64,000 nucleotides of DNA, taken from the NCBI GenBank assembly GCA_040755855.1, contig JBFMAD010000022.1, forward strand, positions 34,967 through 98,966, in the 5' to 3' direction. Shown here in pieces: positions 8,838 through 18,440 of this stretch. The translations under genes and the position numbers were made by a program. The DNA comes from Planctomycetota bacterium (GTDB taxonomy: Bacteria > Planctomycetota > Brocadiia > JAADGH01). The first letter of the stretch is position 1. Every line of letters begins with the position of its first letter. The notes under the pieces are model-generated. The model worked only from the letters and a program-made list of their open reading frames with translations, did no database searches and was not told where the DNA came from.

Positions 8838-9920
8838 ATAAGTCATACCTACATAACATACCTAATTCCAGCATGTTAATACTATAAACATGACGACTAT
8901 ACGAGGCGTGGGCGATTCTCTCGGAAGCGATGCCGTGGAAAACGCACCGGAAGTGAGGGAGGCAAAAGGCTTTTCTGCAAAAGGATTGAGTGACTTCACA
9001 ACAGTCGTGTGAAGATGGCAGACTGTCTCCGCAGGAAGACTTTTCGCGGTTGCGAAGGACGCGATTTACTCCGGCAGCACTGCGCTGCGCAGGCCATTCA
9101 ATCGCTTGAGCAGCCGGCGATACTTCGGCCAGATTTCCTTCCCATACGCCCGCTCCATCCGGCTGGTGAAATCGTCGCCGCCGATGAAGATCGACGTCGT
9201 GTAAACCGGATTGCGCTGGCCCACGCCCTCCGCCACCCGCTCGGCGACAAACTCCCGATACACCCGCTGCCGCTTGTGGTCCTGTTTGCCGAGATTCAGA
9301 TAGATCTCGTGCGGCTCGACCAGATCATCCGGTTCGCCCCGCGCGTATCGCCGGTAACTTGTCCACTCGTAGTTGCCCGGATTTTTTGCAATTGCGGCGC
9401 GAACGGGATTGAGGTCCATATAGCGCTTGACCTCCAGAAGATAATCCTCGCTATCCACGATGGCGCTGTGGAAGCGGCCCTGCCAGACGTGGCCCGTGTG
9501 GTCGTATCGGTTGTTGAAATACATCGCATAAGCCGTGTTGATGGCGTGCATGATCTTGGAGATCGAGCCGCCGGTGGTGGTTTCGAGCAGGATGTGGACG
9601 TGGTTTGGCATGAGCGTGTAGGCGTAGAGCTTGAACTCAAACTTGGCGCGGTATCGCCGAAGGAGACTCTTGTAGCGTTTGAAGTCCTCCTCGTCGAGAA
9701 AGACCCGCTCGCGGTTGTTGCCGCGTGTCGTAACATGGAACACGCCGCCGGCGAACGAAATCCTGTAACCCATTGACATGGCGCTTCCTTTCCTGCTGGG
9801 ACCGGGCGTCTGTTAGCCAGTTTTTTCCAGATTATATGTATAACATACTTCGATCCTAAAGTCAATAACCATATCGCAACATTCCCTATATATGTCAGTT
9901 AAGTAGGTCTGAGCTATATA
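8838..9920. mobile_element. AT-rich island carrying a RAYT (IS200/IS605-like Y1 transposase) gene, bounded by a 14-bp imperfect inverted repeat
   Basis: Local GC drop on both flanks of the gene. CATACCTACATAAC at 8844-8857 versus the reverse complement of 9898-9911 (CAGACCTACTTAAC) matches at 12/14. Confidence 0.55.
9066..9779 (-). CDS. REP-associated tyrosine transposase (RAYT, transposase IS200-like Y1 HUH family)
   Basis: FHVTTRGNNRERVF...YAYTLMPNHVHILLET (HUH motif)...GHVWQGRFHS...RYMDLNPVRA (catalytic Tyr region). GGAAAGGAAG RBS. Confidence 0.85.
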   Translation of the reverse strand: MSMGYRISFAGGVFHVTTRGNNRERVFLDEEDFKRYKSLLRRYRAKFEFKLYAYTLMPNHVHILLETTTGGSISKIMHAINTAYAMYFNNRYDHTGHVWQGRFHSAIVDSEDYLLEVKRYMDLNPVRAAIAKNPGNYEWTSYRRYARGEPDDLVEPHEIYLNLGKQDHKRQRVYREFVAERVAEGVGQRNPVYTTSIFIGGDDFTSRMERAYGKEIWPKYRRLLKRLNGLRSAVLPE

Positions 9921-9930
9921 CAATCCCGTG

Positions 9931-10881
9931 CTACCGGAGGAACGGGCGCGAGGCATTGAAGAACGCTGCGGCGAGGAGGGCGCTGGCCCCGAAGGTCGCC
10001 AGCCAACCGATGAGGACCTGGACGAGGGTCCTGCGGTTGACGAGATGAAAGCCGTGCACCATGCCCACGCCGACGACGGCCCCGACGATGGCCTGGGAGA
10101 TGGAGACAGGCACGCCGATTTGGGTATAGATGTGCAGCGTGGCCGCCTCGGCGAGCAGGGCGACCAGCCCCGAAAATGGGTCGAGGGGGGTAATGCTTTT
10201 CCCGACCGTTTCCATCACCCGACGACTGTAGGTGACGACGCCGATGGCGATGCTGATCCCGCCGACGACGACCGCCGTCCGGGGCGACAGGAACCCCGCC
10301 CCCACATAGATTCCCGTCACATTGGCCAGGTTGTTCGCGCCGACGTTGTAGGCGGCGTAGCAGCCGATGAGGATGGACCCGTAGCGGATCGTCTGATGGA
10401 ATGCCTGGAGGTTGGTGACGCGCCGCACCCAGAGCCATCGAAGGACGATGTACAGGACGAAGGCGAGGATCGCCGAGCCGAAGGGCGTGAGAGCCCAGCA
10501 GAGTACGACTTTGGCGAGCCTGGCGTAATCGAGCCTTGATCCCTGGGCGATACTGACGCCCATGATGGCGCCGACAATGGCCTGCGACGAGGAGGCGGGC
10601 AGGCGGAACCAGGTGAGGACGTGGATGGTGACGGCGGCCCCCAGCGCCGCGAGCACGGCGTGGGCGAGCGTCACCTGCGACAGGCCGCCGACAGTGTGCA
10701 GGCACTTTTCCCCCTCGATGAATGCGCCCGCCATGACAAAGATCGCCGTCAGAACGACCGCCTGGCGATACCGGACGATGCCGGCCCCCACGGGGGGGCC
10801 GAAGACGTTCGCCGCCCCGTTGCTGCCGAGTCCCCAGCCGAGGTAGGCGCCGGGCAGAATGGCGAGAATCTTGCCGATCAT
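9931..10881 (-). CDS. inorganic phosphate transporter, PiT family
   Basis: From the internal ATG at 10881: MIGKILAILPGAYLGWGLGSNGAANVFGPPVGAG; second half YNVGANNLANVTG. This is the duplicated PiT signature (G.NDxAN-like). The start overlaps the upstream DUF47 gene by 4 nt. Confidence 0.8.
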   Translation of the reverse strand: MIGKILAILPGAYLGWGLGSNGAANVFGPPVGAGIVRYRQAVVLTAIFVMAGAFIEGEKCLHTVGGLSQVTLAHAVLAALGAAVTIHVLTWFRLPASSSQAIVGAIMGVSIAQGSRLDYARLAKVVLCWALTPFGSAILAFVLYIVLRWLWVRRVTNLQAFHQTIRYGSILIGCYAAYNVGANNLANVTGIYVGAGFLSPRTAVVVGGISIAIGVVTYSRRVMETVGKSITPLDPFSGLVALLAEAATLHIYTQIGVPVSISQAIVGAVVGVGMVHGFHLVNRRTLVQVLIGWLATFGASALLAAAFFNASRPFLR

Positions 10882-11519
10882 ACGCTTGTCATTACGGTGA
10901 GCATTTCGAGGACGTCGGCGGCGTCTTCCGTGGCGTCCACAATGTCGTCTATCTGCTCGATCAGTTCGTGGAGCTGCATCTTTTGGGCCAGGGACAGGTC
11001 GGCGGCAAAGACCCGGCGCACGACGGCCTCGAGCTCGTCGTCCACCCGGTGCTCGATGACGGTGCATTCACGGATCAGCTCGAGGACCTTCGACATGTCC
11101 TCAAACATCGCGTCAAAGGCGTTTCTTAGCGACTTGATGGATGGGATGGCGTTCTCGGCGGTCTGGGTGAGCGACTTCTTGAATTCGTCGGGGATCTCGA
11201 CCCGTGTGAGGAAGATGGTCTCGACGACGCGCTCGGCGGCGTCGGCGATTCGGTCGGCGCGCTTGACAAAGTCCAGGAGCGGCTCGCGCATCATGGGGAG
11301 AAAGGCGCCCTCGAACAGCTTTCGAGCCACCGCCCGCCGCAGTTCGTCGGCCTCCGTTTCGACCTCATTGACCTCGCCGTTGATCTTCTGTGCCTGCTGG
11401 ATATTACCCGCGCAGTAGGCCTCGATAGACTCGATGGCGAGCTTGACGCACTTCTTCGCTTTGTTCAGGTGTTCGTGGATCAAATCCCGAACTTCTTTTT
11501 CTCGTGAACCCAGCCGCAT
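10878..11519 (-). CDS. DUF47 / PhoU-like phosphate transport regulator (Pit accessory protein)
   Basis: 213-aa helical protein. ETEADELRRAVARKLFEGAFLPMMREPLLDFVKRADRIADAAE is typical of the TIGR00153/DUF47 family. Translationally coupled to the PiT gene. Confidence 0.75.
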   Translation of the reverse strand: MRLGSREKEVRDLIHEHLNKAKKCVKLAIESIEAYCAGNIQQAQKINGEVNEVETEADELRRAVARKLFEGAFLPMMREPLLDFVKRADRIADAAERVVETIFLTRVEIPDEFKKSLTQTAENAIPSIKSLRNAFDAMFEDMSKVLELIRECTVIEHRVDDELEAVVRRVFAADLSLAQKMQLHELIEQIDDIVDATEDAADVLEMLTVMTSV

Positions 11520-11535
11520 GGCCGTCTCCTCCGTT

Positions 11536-12933
11536 CTATTTCTTCTCTTCCTGGATCTGCTGGAGCCGCTCCTGGGCCTTCTCCTTCAGCTCGTCGTCGG
11601 GCGCAGCCTTGAGGACCTCCTTCAACAATCCGATGGCGCGATCTCGCCGGCCGGCCTCGGCGTGTTCGTTCGCAGCGGACATCTGGAAGTATGCCTTCAT
11701 GCGCGGCTCCGTCTGCAGCGCGGCGGCCTGCTCCCACTTCTTTGCCGCCTCGGCATGGTCGCCGTTTCGCTGGTGCATGGCCGCGAGGTTAACCAGGGCC
11801 CCCGTGGCCGCGCGGGGGTTGCGTTTCATCATCTCGGCAATCTTCTCGCGGTGGCGAAGCGCCATCTCCGCCCGCCCCGTCCGGCTGTAGATCTCGGCCA
11901 GCATGTGCCGAGCGGGCGCATTTTGGTCGTGGAGCTGAACCAGCCTTTCGAGTGGGGCCACGGCCCTCTCGAAGTCCCCCAGCCGGTAAAGGGTTTGCGC
12001 ATAGAGGAACAGGAGCGCCGGATTGTCCGGCACATTCTTTACCCCTTTTTCGAGGACCTTTGCGGCCTCCTGCGCCTTGCCCGTGGCGGAATACATCGTC
12101 GCAAGCAATTGGTAGGGCATGAGGGCGGCGGGGCAACTGTCCGTCAGCTCCTGCAAGACGCGCTCGAGGACCGGCCGAACCTTCTCGATGGCTTCCTCGC
12201 CTCCGAAGTCGAAGCCGCCGTAGTAGATCTTCTGGATTTCTTCATGCAGGCGCCCTATCTGCCTCCGGTCCACCGTGGGTCGGCAGGCCAGTTCGAGGCC
12301 CTGCTTCAGGATGCTACCGGCCTTCTCGAACTGGTTTGCGATGACGTAGTGATGGGCCAGTTCGGTGTAGTTTGTGATCACATCGGGCCGGGTTCGGATC
12401 GCCTCCTGGTAGTAGGTCTCCATCCTGGACGGCAAGACGACATGCGCTTCACGGGCATGGCTCTCGCCCACTTCGGCTTGGTGCTGCAGCGGAAGATGGC
12501 CGTCCTCCGTGAGCAGGAGTTCATACTTGCCGGCGCGGAGGTTCGTAAGCGTCGCAGGCGTCCGCAGGCCGGTGGGCATGCCGTCGAGGGAGACGGTTGC
12601 GCCGGGCGGGTCGCTCGTCACCGTCAGGCTGTATCTCTTCTCCGGCAGGAGGCGGATATCCAGAGCGGTTTCTCCCGATCGTCCGACCTCGAACGCGGTC
12701 CGGTGGGTCTGAAAGCCGTGCCTGACGAGCTTCAGGCTGTGTTCGCCCCGCGCAAGGGCGGCGGCTTGGAGGGGCGTGACGCCGAGGTAGGCCCCGTCCA
12801 CGAAGACGGTAGCCCCGGGCGGTTGGGATTGGATGGCGACGGAGGGGGGGGCGGACGGCCCGGGCCGGAGGTGGACGACGCCCACGGCTGCGGCTGTGGC
12901 GAGACCAGCGAGCACGAGCACCGGGAGGAACAC
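11536..12933 (-). CDS. membrane-anchored PEGA-domain + TPR-repeat protein
   Basis: Two PEGA domains (QSQPPGATVFVDGAYLGVTP; VTSDPPGATVSLDGMPTGLRTP) followed by TPR-like repeats. The longest ORF reaches 13071, but that N-terminus is translated repeat DNA; GTG at 12933 precedes the TM helix FLPVLVLAGLATAAAVGVV. Confidence 0.7.
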   Translation of the reverse strand: MFLPVLVLAGLATAAAVGVVHLRPGPSAPPSVAIQSQPPGATVFVDGAYLGVTPLQAAALARGEHSLKLVRHGFQTHRTAFEVGRSGETALDIRLLPEKRYSLTVTSDPPGATVSLDGMPTGLRTPATLTNLRAGKYELLLTEDGHLPLQHQAEVGESHAREAHVVLPSRMETYYQEAIRTRPDVITNYTELAHHYVIANQFEKAGSILKQGLELACRPTVDRRQIGRLHEEIQKIYYGGFDFGGEEAIEKVRPVLERVLQELTDSCPAALMPYQLLATMYSATGKAQEAAKVLEKGVKNVPDNPALLFLYAQTLYRLGDFERAVAPLERLVQLHDQNAPARHMLAEIYSRTGRAEMALRHREKIAEMMKRNPRAATGALVNLAAMHQRNGDHAEAAKKWEQAAALQTEPRMKAYFQMSAANEHAEAGRRDRAIGLLKEVLKAAPDDELKEKAQERLQQIQEEKK

Positions 12934-12940
12934 GCGGCCG

Positions 12941-13077
12941 CATTCGAGTGCGGAGTGCGGAGCGCGGAATGCGGAGTACACCCACAGATGAGCACGGATA
13001 AACGCAGATTGATCCCGCGTCCGCGCGGGACTGACCTCTGACCTCTGACCCCTGTGTCCATCCGCGTTCATCTGTGG
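12941..13077. repeat. composite intergenic element: heptamer tract, imperfect long hairpin, heptamer tract
   Basis: (GTGCGGA-type)x5 at 12941-12978; inverted repeat CCACAGATGAGCACGG (12982-12997) versus CCGCGTTCATCTGTGG (13062-13077); (CTGACCT)x3 at 13031-13054. Confidence 0.7.
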
Positions 13078-13121
13078 TTTCTTCGCGCCTTTGCGTGAGG
13101 TCTTTTCTTCTCAAGGTCCGA

Positions 13122-15896
13122 TCATGTGTGGATGTCGTATATGCACTTACAGGAGGTCGGGGGGGCGGCGAAGGGCGATTCCTTTTTTTCCTCCGCGCCG
13201 CTCGATATTCGCACGCGGGAAACCATGATGCCGTTGTTGTATGTCCAGATGGCCACGCGGCCGCCGTCGAGCGGTTCAGGGTCGTCGCATTCGAGAACAA
13301 GTTCGTTGTCCACATAGAACGAGAGATGTGTTCCGCTGCGTTTAGCCTTGATATGGAACCACTGCCGGTGTATGTTCAGCTCCGAGGGGATCCGCTTGAA
13401 CCGTTCGGCCAGGACCTTGTCGCCCTTCATGATCCGGCTGCGCGTGTTCAACCATCCGCCGAAGATGAAGCTGTATCCCGAGGTCAGGTCCTTCCCGTCG
13501 GCGCAGATCGTGACATTCATGTCGCTGACATATTCGTATTTCCGCCCGCGGTCCTGATCCATCTTGGGGCCGACGAAGAACTCGACGGTGATGTCGCCCT
13601 TCATCTCCTTCTTGTTCCAGATGGCGGCAAGGCGGTCGCTGCGCCCGCTGAAGAAGGACCATCGCTCGTCGCACTGCCACCGGTTGCTCACCTCCCACGT
13701 GCCCCCCGCCACGCGCCAGTCGGAGATGGCCTCCTGGAAGAGGTAGTTGTAGACGTGGTCGCTGAATATATCTATGTTCTTCTTATTGATGTCGGCCTTC
13801 AGGGTGCAGTAACCCAGGCCCTGTCCGGGCAGGGGTCGCTCGTCGCGGTGCTTGACAATAAGCCTTCGACCGATGAGGCCGGCGATGTACCGCCCCCTGC
13901 GCTCGAACCGCAGGCCGGCCACGTCCCCGGGCGGGCCGATCTCGCCGCGGGCCACAACCTGGTCCTGGCGCCACAGGTCGCATTTCATCACGTTTTTCTC
14001 CACATGCACCACCAGCGAGTATCCGCTCAGGAAGTCCTGCCCGTCGCCCGCCAGGATCATGCGAAGCTGCGCGTCGGGGGCCGGGGCGGGGATGTAGCGA
14101 ATCTCGAAATCCACGTCCCCGGGGAAGTCCGCCCGATTCCAGTTCGTCTGGAAAACCACGTCGCCGAGCATGTCGTTGCGGACATCCTGCCAGTCGCTTT
14201 TGACGCTGGCCCAGTCCGCCATCGTGCTCTCGCGCGAGAACGCCTCGTGGAGCGTCGGCATGGCCGAGCGCTCGCCGCGGAAGTCCACCTTCACCTCGCC
14301 GAACAGGGCGGACGGCGTGCTCTCGGCCAAAAGGCCGACGCTCCCGCCCTCCAGGTCCGTGTCCCACTCCTCGAAGAGCGGCTCGCCGTCAACGGAGAGG
14401 ATCATGTGGCCGTCGTGGATCGTCGCGGTCACCTGATAGCGCCCCGCGCCGCCCTCCGGCGGGTCGTCCCGGTGGAGCACGGTCTCCCGGCCCTCCACCA
14501 CCTTCACCAGCGTCCGCTCCGCGTCGCGTCCCTTCCGCCATTTGAAGGCGTAGTAGTTCAGCTCGTCGAGGTAGTAGAAGCAAATCCCCGCCGCGCCCTT
14601 GGCCCATGGGCCGATCCGGACAGAGTAGGAGTAGTCCCGCCAGTGCGGCTCGCCGCTGATCGCCTTCGCCGGCCCCCCTTCCGCGTTCACGGCAAAGGAG
14701 TCCTGTCCGTCGCTTTCGGTGAGGACCTTCCACTCGCCCCCCATCTCCGTCCATCGCCCCGCCGAGTACTGGGTGAAGTTGTCCTCATAGCCGCGCACAT
14801 CCGCCACGCGCACGTCATCGAAGCTGGCGCCCTCGCCGCCGGCGCTGTAGAGGCCCACCGTCCCGTAGCACAGGTTCGGGTCTTCCACCTCGATCACGGC
14901 GTGGTCGTCAATGAACGCGGTCACGTGGGTATTGAATACGCGGATTCGGAGGGCGTACCACTGCCCCGGGGTGTAGCCGCCCGTTTGCTCGACCAGGACG
15001 GTCTCATGGTCCCCATACCTCTTGACCAGTTGCATCTTCGGGAACTTCGATCCGTGCGCCCCCCACTTGAAGAGATAGTAGTTTGCCGGGTCGCGGTAGT
15101 AGAAGACGACGCCCACCGGCTCGGTCCCCAGCGGCTTGACGGCAGCCTCGTATGCGTAGTTGTCCCAGAACCAGTGCTTGAACGGCGAGGCGACGACGAT
15201 CCCCTCCCCCTCGCCCTTTTGTCTGCTCAGCGTGAAGGCATTGCTGCTCAGGCCCGGGTTGTCGAGGCTGCTGATCTCCCATTTGCCCGATAGGGGCAGC
15301 CAGTCCCCCAGCTTGTCGTCCTCGGCCTTCATGAAGTCGTCCGTGAAGTAACGGCTGCCGATCATCTGGATCGCCGGCTTCTCATAGGCAACCGACCCGT
15401 CTATCGCCCCGAAAAGGACCTCTCCCTCCGCGAACGTGCCGTCGTAGGCCGTCGCCACGATCGTGTCGTCCACCACGACGGCTATCGAGGCGTCCCGGCG
15501 CTTCACCACCACCTTGCGCGGCTGCCCCGTCCCGATGCCGGCCTCGGTCCTGGTCCCGATATGGACCTCAATCCCGTTCTCCACCCGTCCGATCTCGATG
15601 GCGGACTCCTTCAGGTCCACAAAGTAGTAGTTCGACGGCGTTTCCGGCGGCCCCTGGAGGTTGAAGACCACGCGACCGTGCGGCCCGCCGGCCTTGCCGG
15701 CGCCCGTCGCCGTGAACCTCAGATTGAAGCTCCTCGCCTTCTCACCCTCCAACTTCTGGTAGTGGAAGGCGTTCCACTCCGCCTTATTGCCGGCGCGCAG
15801 GGGGACGGGCTTCGCGCAGCCGAGGCAGAGGGCGAGCATGGCGGCCAGAAGCAGGGACAAACGGACGGAATGAAAGCGTGTGGACTTCAGGCTCAT
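13122..15896 (-). CDS. large lipoprotein built of tandem concanavalin-A-like (DUF1080/LamG-like) modules
   Basis: Lipobox LALCLGC. About five modules of roughly 170 aa each carry the (D/E)xxNYYxFKW ... G.VGL ... F(D/G)(D/E)V(K/R)V pattern. Alternative ATG at 15911. Confidence 0.65.
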   Translation of the reverse strand: MSLKSTRFHSVRLSLLLAAMLALCLGCAKPVPLRAGNKAEWNAFHYQKLEGEKARSFNLRFTATGAGKAGGPHGRVVFNLQGPPETPSNYYFVDLKESAIEIGRVENGIEVHIGTRTEAGIGTGQPRKVVVKRRDASIAVVVDDTIVATAYDGTFAEGEVLFGAIDGSVAYEKPAIQMIGSRYFTDDFMKAEDDKLGDWLPLSGKWEISSLDNPGLSSNAFTLSRQKGEGEGIVVASPFKHWFWDNYAYEAAVKPLGTEPVGVVFYYRDPANYYLFKWGAHGSKFPKMQLVKRYGDHETVLVEQTGGYTPGQWYALRIRVFNTHVTAFIDDHAVIEVEDPNLCYGTVGLYSAGGEGASFDDVRVADVRGYEDNFTQYSAGRWTEMGGEWKVLTESDGQDSFAVNAEGGPAKAISGEPHWRDYSYSVRIGPWAKGAAGICFYYLDELNYYAFKWRKGRDAERTLVKVVEGRETVLHRDDPPEGGAGRYQVTATIHDGHMILSVDGEPLFEEWDTDLEGGSVGLLAESTPSALFGEVKVDFRGERSAMPTLHEAFSRESTMADWASVKSDWQDVRNDMLGDVVFQTNWNRADFPGDVDFEIRYIPAPAPDAQLRMILAGDGQDFLSGYSLVVHVEKNVMKCDLWRQDQVVARGEIGPPGDVAGLRFERRGRYIAGLIGRRLIVKHRDERPLPGQGLGYCTLKADINKKNIDIFSDHVYNYLFQEAISDWRVAGGTWEVSNRWQCDERWSFFSGRSDRLAAIWNKKEMKGDITVEFFVGPKMDQDRGRKYEYVSDMNVTICADGKDLTSGYSFIFGGWLNTRSRIMKGDKVLAERFKRIPSELNIHRQWFHIKAKRSGTHLSFYVDNELVLECDDPEPLDGGRVAIWTYNNGIMVSRVRISSGAEEKKESPFAAPPTSCKCIYDIHT

Positions 15897-16111
15897 GGAT
15901 TGTCTCCACATGGTTCTACACGAAAACCGGCCTTATTGTTTCAATTTTACCCTGTGATCGCGCATCTGTCAAGGAGCGCCATTCCGAAGGGCATGACCCC
16001 AGCAAGAACTTTTTCCTTGCACTTGGCGCGCCAATTCGGTTTACTAAAGTATTCGCCATATGCAGCGCCGGAGGATGCCGGACGCAGCCTCGGCAAGTTC
16101 AGGAGAAGGAC

Positions 16112-17428
16112 GTGAACATCATCAAAGAGACGGACAAGGAAATCTGGCAGGCCATCGCCAACGAACAAAAGCGACAGGAGAACTACCTGGTCCTCATCGC
16201 CTCGGAAAACTACTGCAGCGCAGCAGTCCAGGCGACGCAGGGATCGTGCCTCACCGACAAGTACGCCGAGGGCTACCCCGGCAAGCGCTGGTACACCGGC
16301 TGCGAGAACAGCGACGCCGTCGAAAGCCTCGCTGTCGCGCGCTCCAGGGAACTCTTCGGCGCAGAGCACGCCAACGTCCAGCCCCACTGCGGCTGCTCCG
16401 CCAACATGGCAGTTTACCTCGCCGTCCTCGAACCGGGCGATCGCATCCTCTCCATGGACCTCGCCCACGGCGGCCACCTCTCCCACGGACTCCAGAAAAA
16501 CCTGTCCGGCCGGCTCTACGAGATCTACCACTACGGCGTGGACCGCGACACCGAGATGATTGACTACGACGAACTCAAACGCATCGCCCGCGAGTGCCGG
16601 CCCCAGTTGATCATCGCCGGCGCCAGCGCCTACCCGCGCAAACTCGACTTCGCGCAGTTCAAGGCCGCCGCCGATGAGGTCGGCGCCAAGCTGATGGTGG
16701 ACCTCGCCCACATCGCCGGCCTCGTCGCCGCAGGCGTCCACCCCGACCCTGTCCCCCATGCCGACTTCGTGACCTCGACGACCCACAAGACCCTCCGCGG
16801 CCCGCGCGGCGGGTTCATCCTCTGCAAAAAGGAATATGCACACCTCATTGACGAGGAGATGTTCCCCGGCCTGCAAGGCGGCCCCCTAATGCACGTCATC
16901 GCCGCCAAGGCCGTATGCTTCAAGGAGGCCATGCGCCCCGAGTTCAAGACATACGCCGCACAGATCATCAAAAACTCCAGGGCCATGGCCAAGACCATGG
17001 AGGAGCGCGGGCATCGCATCGTCTCCGGCGGGACGGACAACCATCTCTTCCTCGTGGACCTGACCGAAAAGGGCATGACCGGAAAACAGGCTGTGGCGCA
17101 ACTCTACGATGTGGGCATCTCCGCCAACAAAAACCTCATCCCCTTCGACAAGGAAAGCGCCTTTGAAACCAGCGGCTTCCGCATCGGCACCCCCGCCGTC
17201 ACCACCCGCGGCATGAAGGAAGATGAGATGAAAGAGATCGCCGCGCTGATTGACGAAACGCTGGCCGACGGCCCGTCCGACGACATCCGCCGCCGCGTGG
17301 CGGACCTCTGCGCCGCCTTCCCCGTCCGACCGCAGCAGATCGAGGAAAAGGGGTCAGACCCCTTTTGCCCTCAAGGCCCGAAGGGTGCTTCGCACAAAAG
17401 GGGTCTGACCCCTTTTCCTTCCGCGTGA
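16112..17428 (+). CDS. glyA: serine hydroxymethyltransferase
   Basis: GTG 16112 after AGGAGAAGG: [33 protein letters not shown]...[14 protein letters not shown] (PLP lysine). The last ~25 codons ([28 protein letters not shown]) are translated palindromic repeat. Confidence 0.9.
   Translation: MNIIKETDKEIWQAIANEQKRQENYLVLIASENYCSAAVQATQGSCLTDKYAEGYPGKRWYTGCENSDAVESLAVARSRELFGAEHANVQPHCGCSANMAVYLAVLEPGDRILSMDLAHGGHLSHGLQKNLSGRLYEIYHYGVDRDTEMIDYDELKRIARECRPQLIIAGASAYPRKLDFAQFKAAADEVGAKLMVDLAHIAGLVAAGVHPDPVPHADFVTSTTHKTLRGPRGGFILCKKEYAHLIDEEMFPGLQGGPLMHVIAAKAVCFKEAMRPEFKTYAAQIIKNSRAMAKTMEERGHRIVSGGTDNHLFLVDLTEKGMTGKQAVAQLYDVGISANKNLIPFDKESAFETSGFRIGTPAVTTRGMKEDEMKEIAALIDETLADGPSDDIRRRVADLCAAFPVRPQQIEEKGSDPFCPQGPKGASHKRGLTPFPSA
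17346..17416. repeat. REPIN-like doublet of AAAAGGGGTCWGACCCCTTTT palindromes
   Basis: 17346-17366 (..TCAGA..) and 17396-17416 (..TCTGA..) are reverse complements of each other with a 29-nt spacer. Located at the glyA/gpsA junction. Confidence 0.8.
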
Positions 17429-17433
17429 GACCC

Positions 17434-18435
17434 GTGAGCGGCGCAAAACACATCACGGTCCTCGGCGACGGCGGATGGGGCACAGCCCTCGCCATCCTCC
17501 TGACCAAAAAGGGCAACCGCGTCACGCTCTGGGGCAACTTTCCCGACTATGTCGAGCGCCTCAGAACGACCCGCGAGAATGAAAAATTTCTGCCGGGCAT
17601 CCGGCTCCCCAAGGAACTGACGCTCACCGCCTCCATCGAGGACGCCCTGCGCGACGTCGCCCTGGCCGTCGCCGCCGTCCCCGTCATCTACCTGCGCGCC
17701 ACAATGGAGAAGATCGCGCCGCGCTATCCAAAAGCCGTCCCCATAGTCAGCGTCGCCAAAGGCATCGAGAACGAGTCCCTTCTCTTAGCCAGCCAGGTCA
17801 TCGCGGGTGTCATCGGCGGCGTCCCCATCGCCACGCTGCTCGGCCCGAGCCACGCGGAGGAGGTCGCCCGCGGCCTGCCCACGTCCGTCGTTGCCTCGTC
17901 GGCCGACATGGCCCTGGCCGAGGTCGTCCAGGCAACATTCATGACCGACCGCTTCCGCGTCTATACGAATCCCGACACGCTCGGGGCGGAGCTTGGTGCC
18001 GCGCTCAAGAACGTCATCGCCATCGCCTCGGGCATCTGCGACGGTCTCGGCTTCGGCGACAACGCAAAGGCCGCCCTCATCACCCGCGGCCTGGCCGAGA
18101 TCGCCCGCCTCGGCGTCGCCATGGGCGCCGACCCGCGCACCTTCGCCGGCCTGACGGGGCTCGGCGACCTTATCACCACCTGTGTCAGCCCCTACGGGCG
18201 CAATCACGCTGTCGGCCAGGCCATCGGCAAAGGCAAGACGCTCAAGCAGGTCCTCGACGGCATGGAGCAGGTGGCGGAAGGCATCTGGACCACCAAGTCC
18301 GCCTGCGCCCTGGCCCGGAGGCGCGGCGTCGAGATGCCCATCGCCGAGCAGGTGCACGAGGTACTCTTCCGCGACAAGCCGCCCCTCCAGGCCGTGAGCG
18401 ACCTCATGCTCCGCGGCGCGAAGGCGGAAGACTGA
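17434..18435 (+). CDS. gpsA: NAD(P)H-dependent glycerol-3-phosphate dehydrogenase
   Basis: HITVLGDGGWGTALAILL...LGPSHAEEV...ALKNVIAIASGI...TGLGDLITTC. GTG starts at 17425 or 17434; the longest ORF (17365) begins inside the repeat. Confidence 0.9.
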   Translation: MSGAKHITVLGDGGWGTALAILLTKKGNRVTLWGNFPDYVERLRTTRENEKFLPGIRLPKELTLTASIEDALRDVALAVAAVPVIYLRATMEKIAPRYPKAVPIVSVAKGIENESLLLASQVIAGVIGGVPIATLLGPSHAEEVARGLPTSVVASSADMALAEVVQATFMTDRFRVYTNPDTLGAELGAALKNVIAIASGICDGLGFGDNAKAALITRGLAEIARLGVAMGADPRTFAGLTGLGDLITTCVSPYGRNHAVGQAIGKGKTLKQVLDGMEQVAEGIWTTKSACALARRRGVEMPIAEQVHEVLFRDKPPLQAVSDLMLRGAKAED

Positions 18436-18440
18436 TCCGA

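Noticed and set aside
8890-9012. 40-codon ORF (MTTIRGVGDSLGSDAVENAPEVREAKGFSAKGLSDFTTVV) in the left flank of the RAYT island
   Set aside because: It is too short, has no obvious RBS and no recognisable motif. It cannot be supported from sequence alone.
13074-15293. 739-aa + strand ORF, and similar long antisense ORFs: 11434..13041, 26130..27620, 30013..31248, 31258..32319, 32500..33936, 36911..38191, 41977..43593, 45379..46926, 54257..55597, 59466..60701
   Set aside because: Each lies opposite a gene with strong family motifs. All are extremely rich in Arg, Gly, Ala, Pro, His and Asp and have no recognisable domains. High GC suppresses stop codons on the antisense strand.
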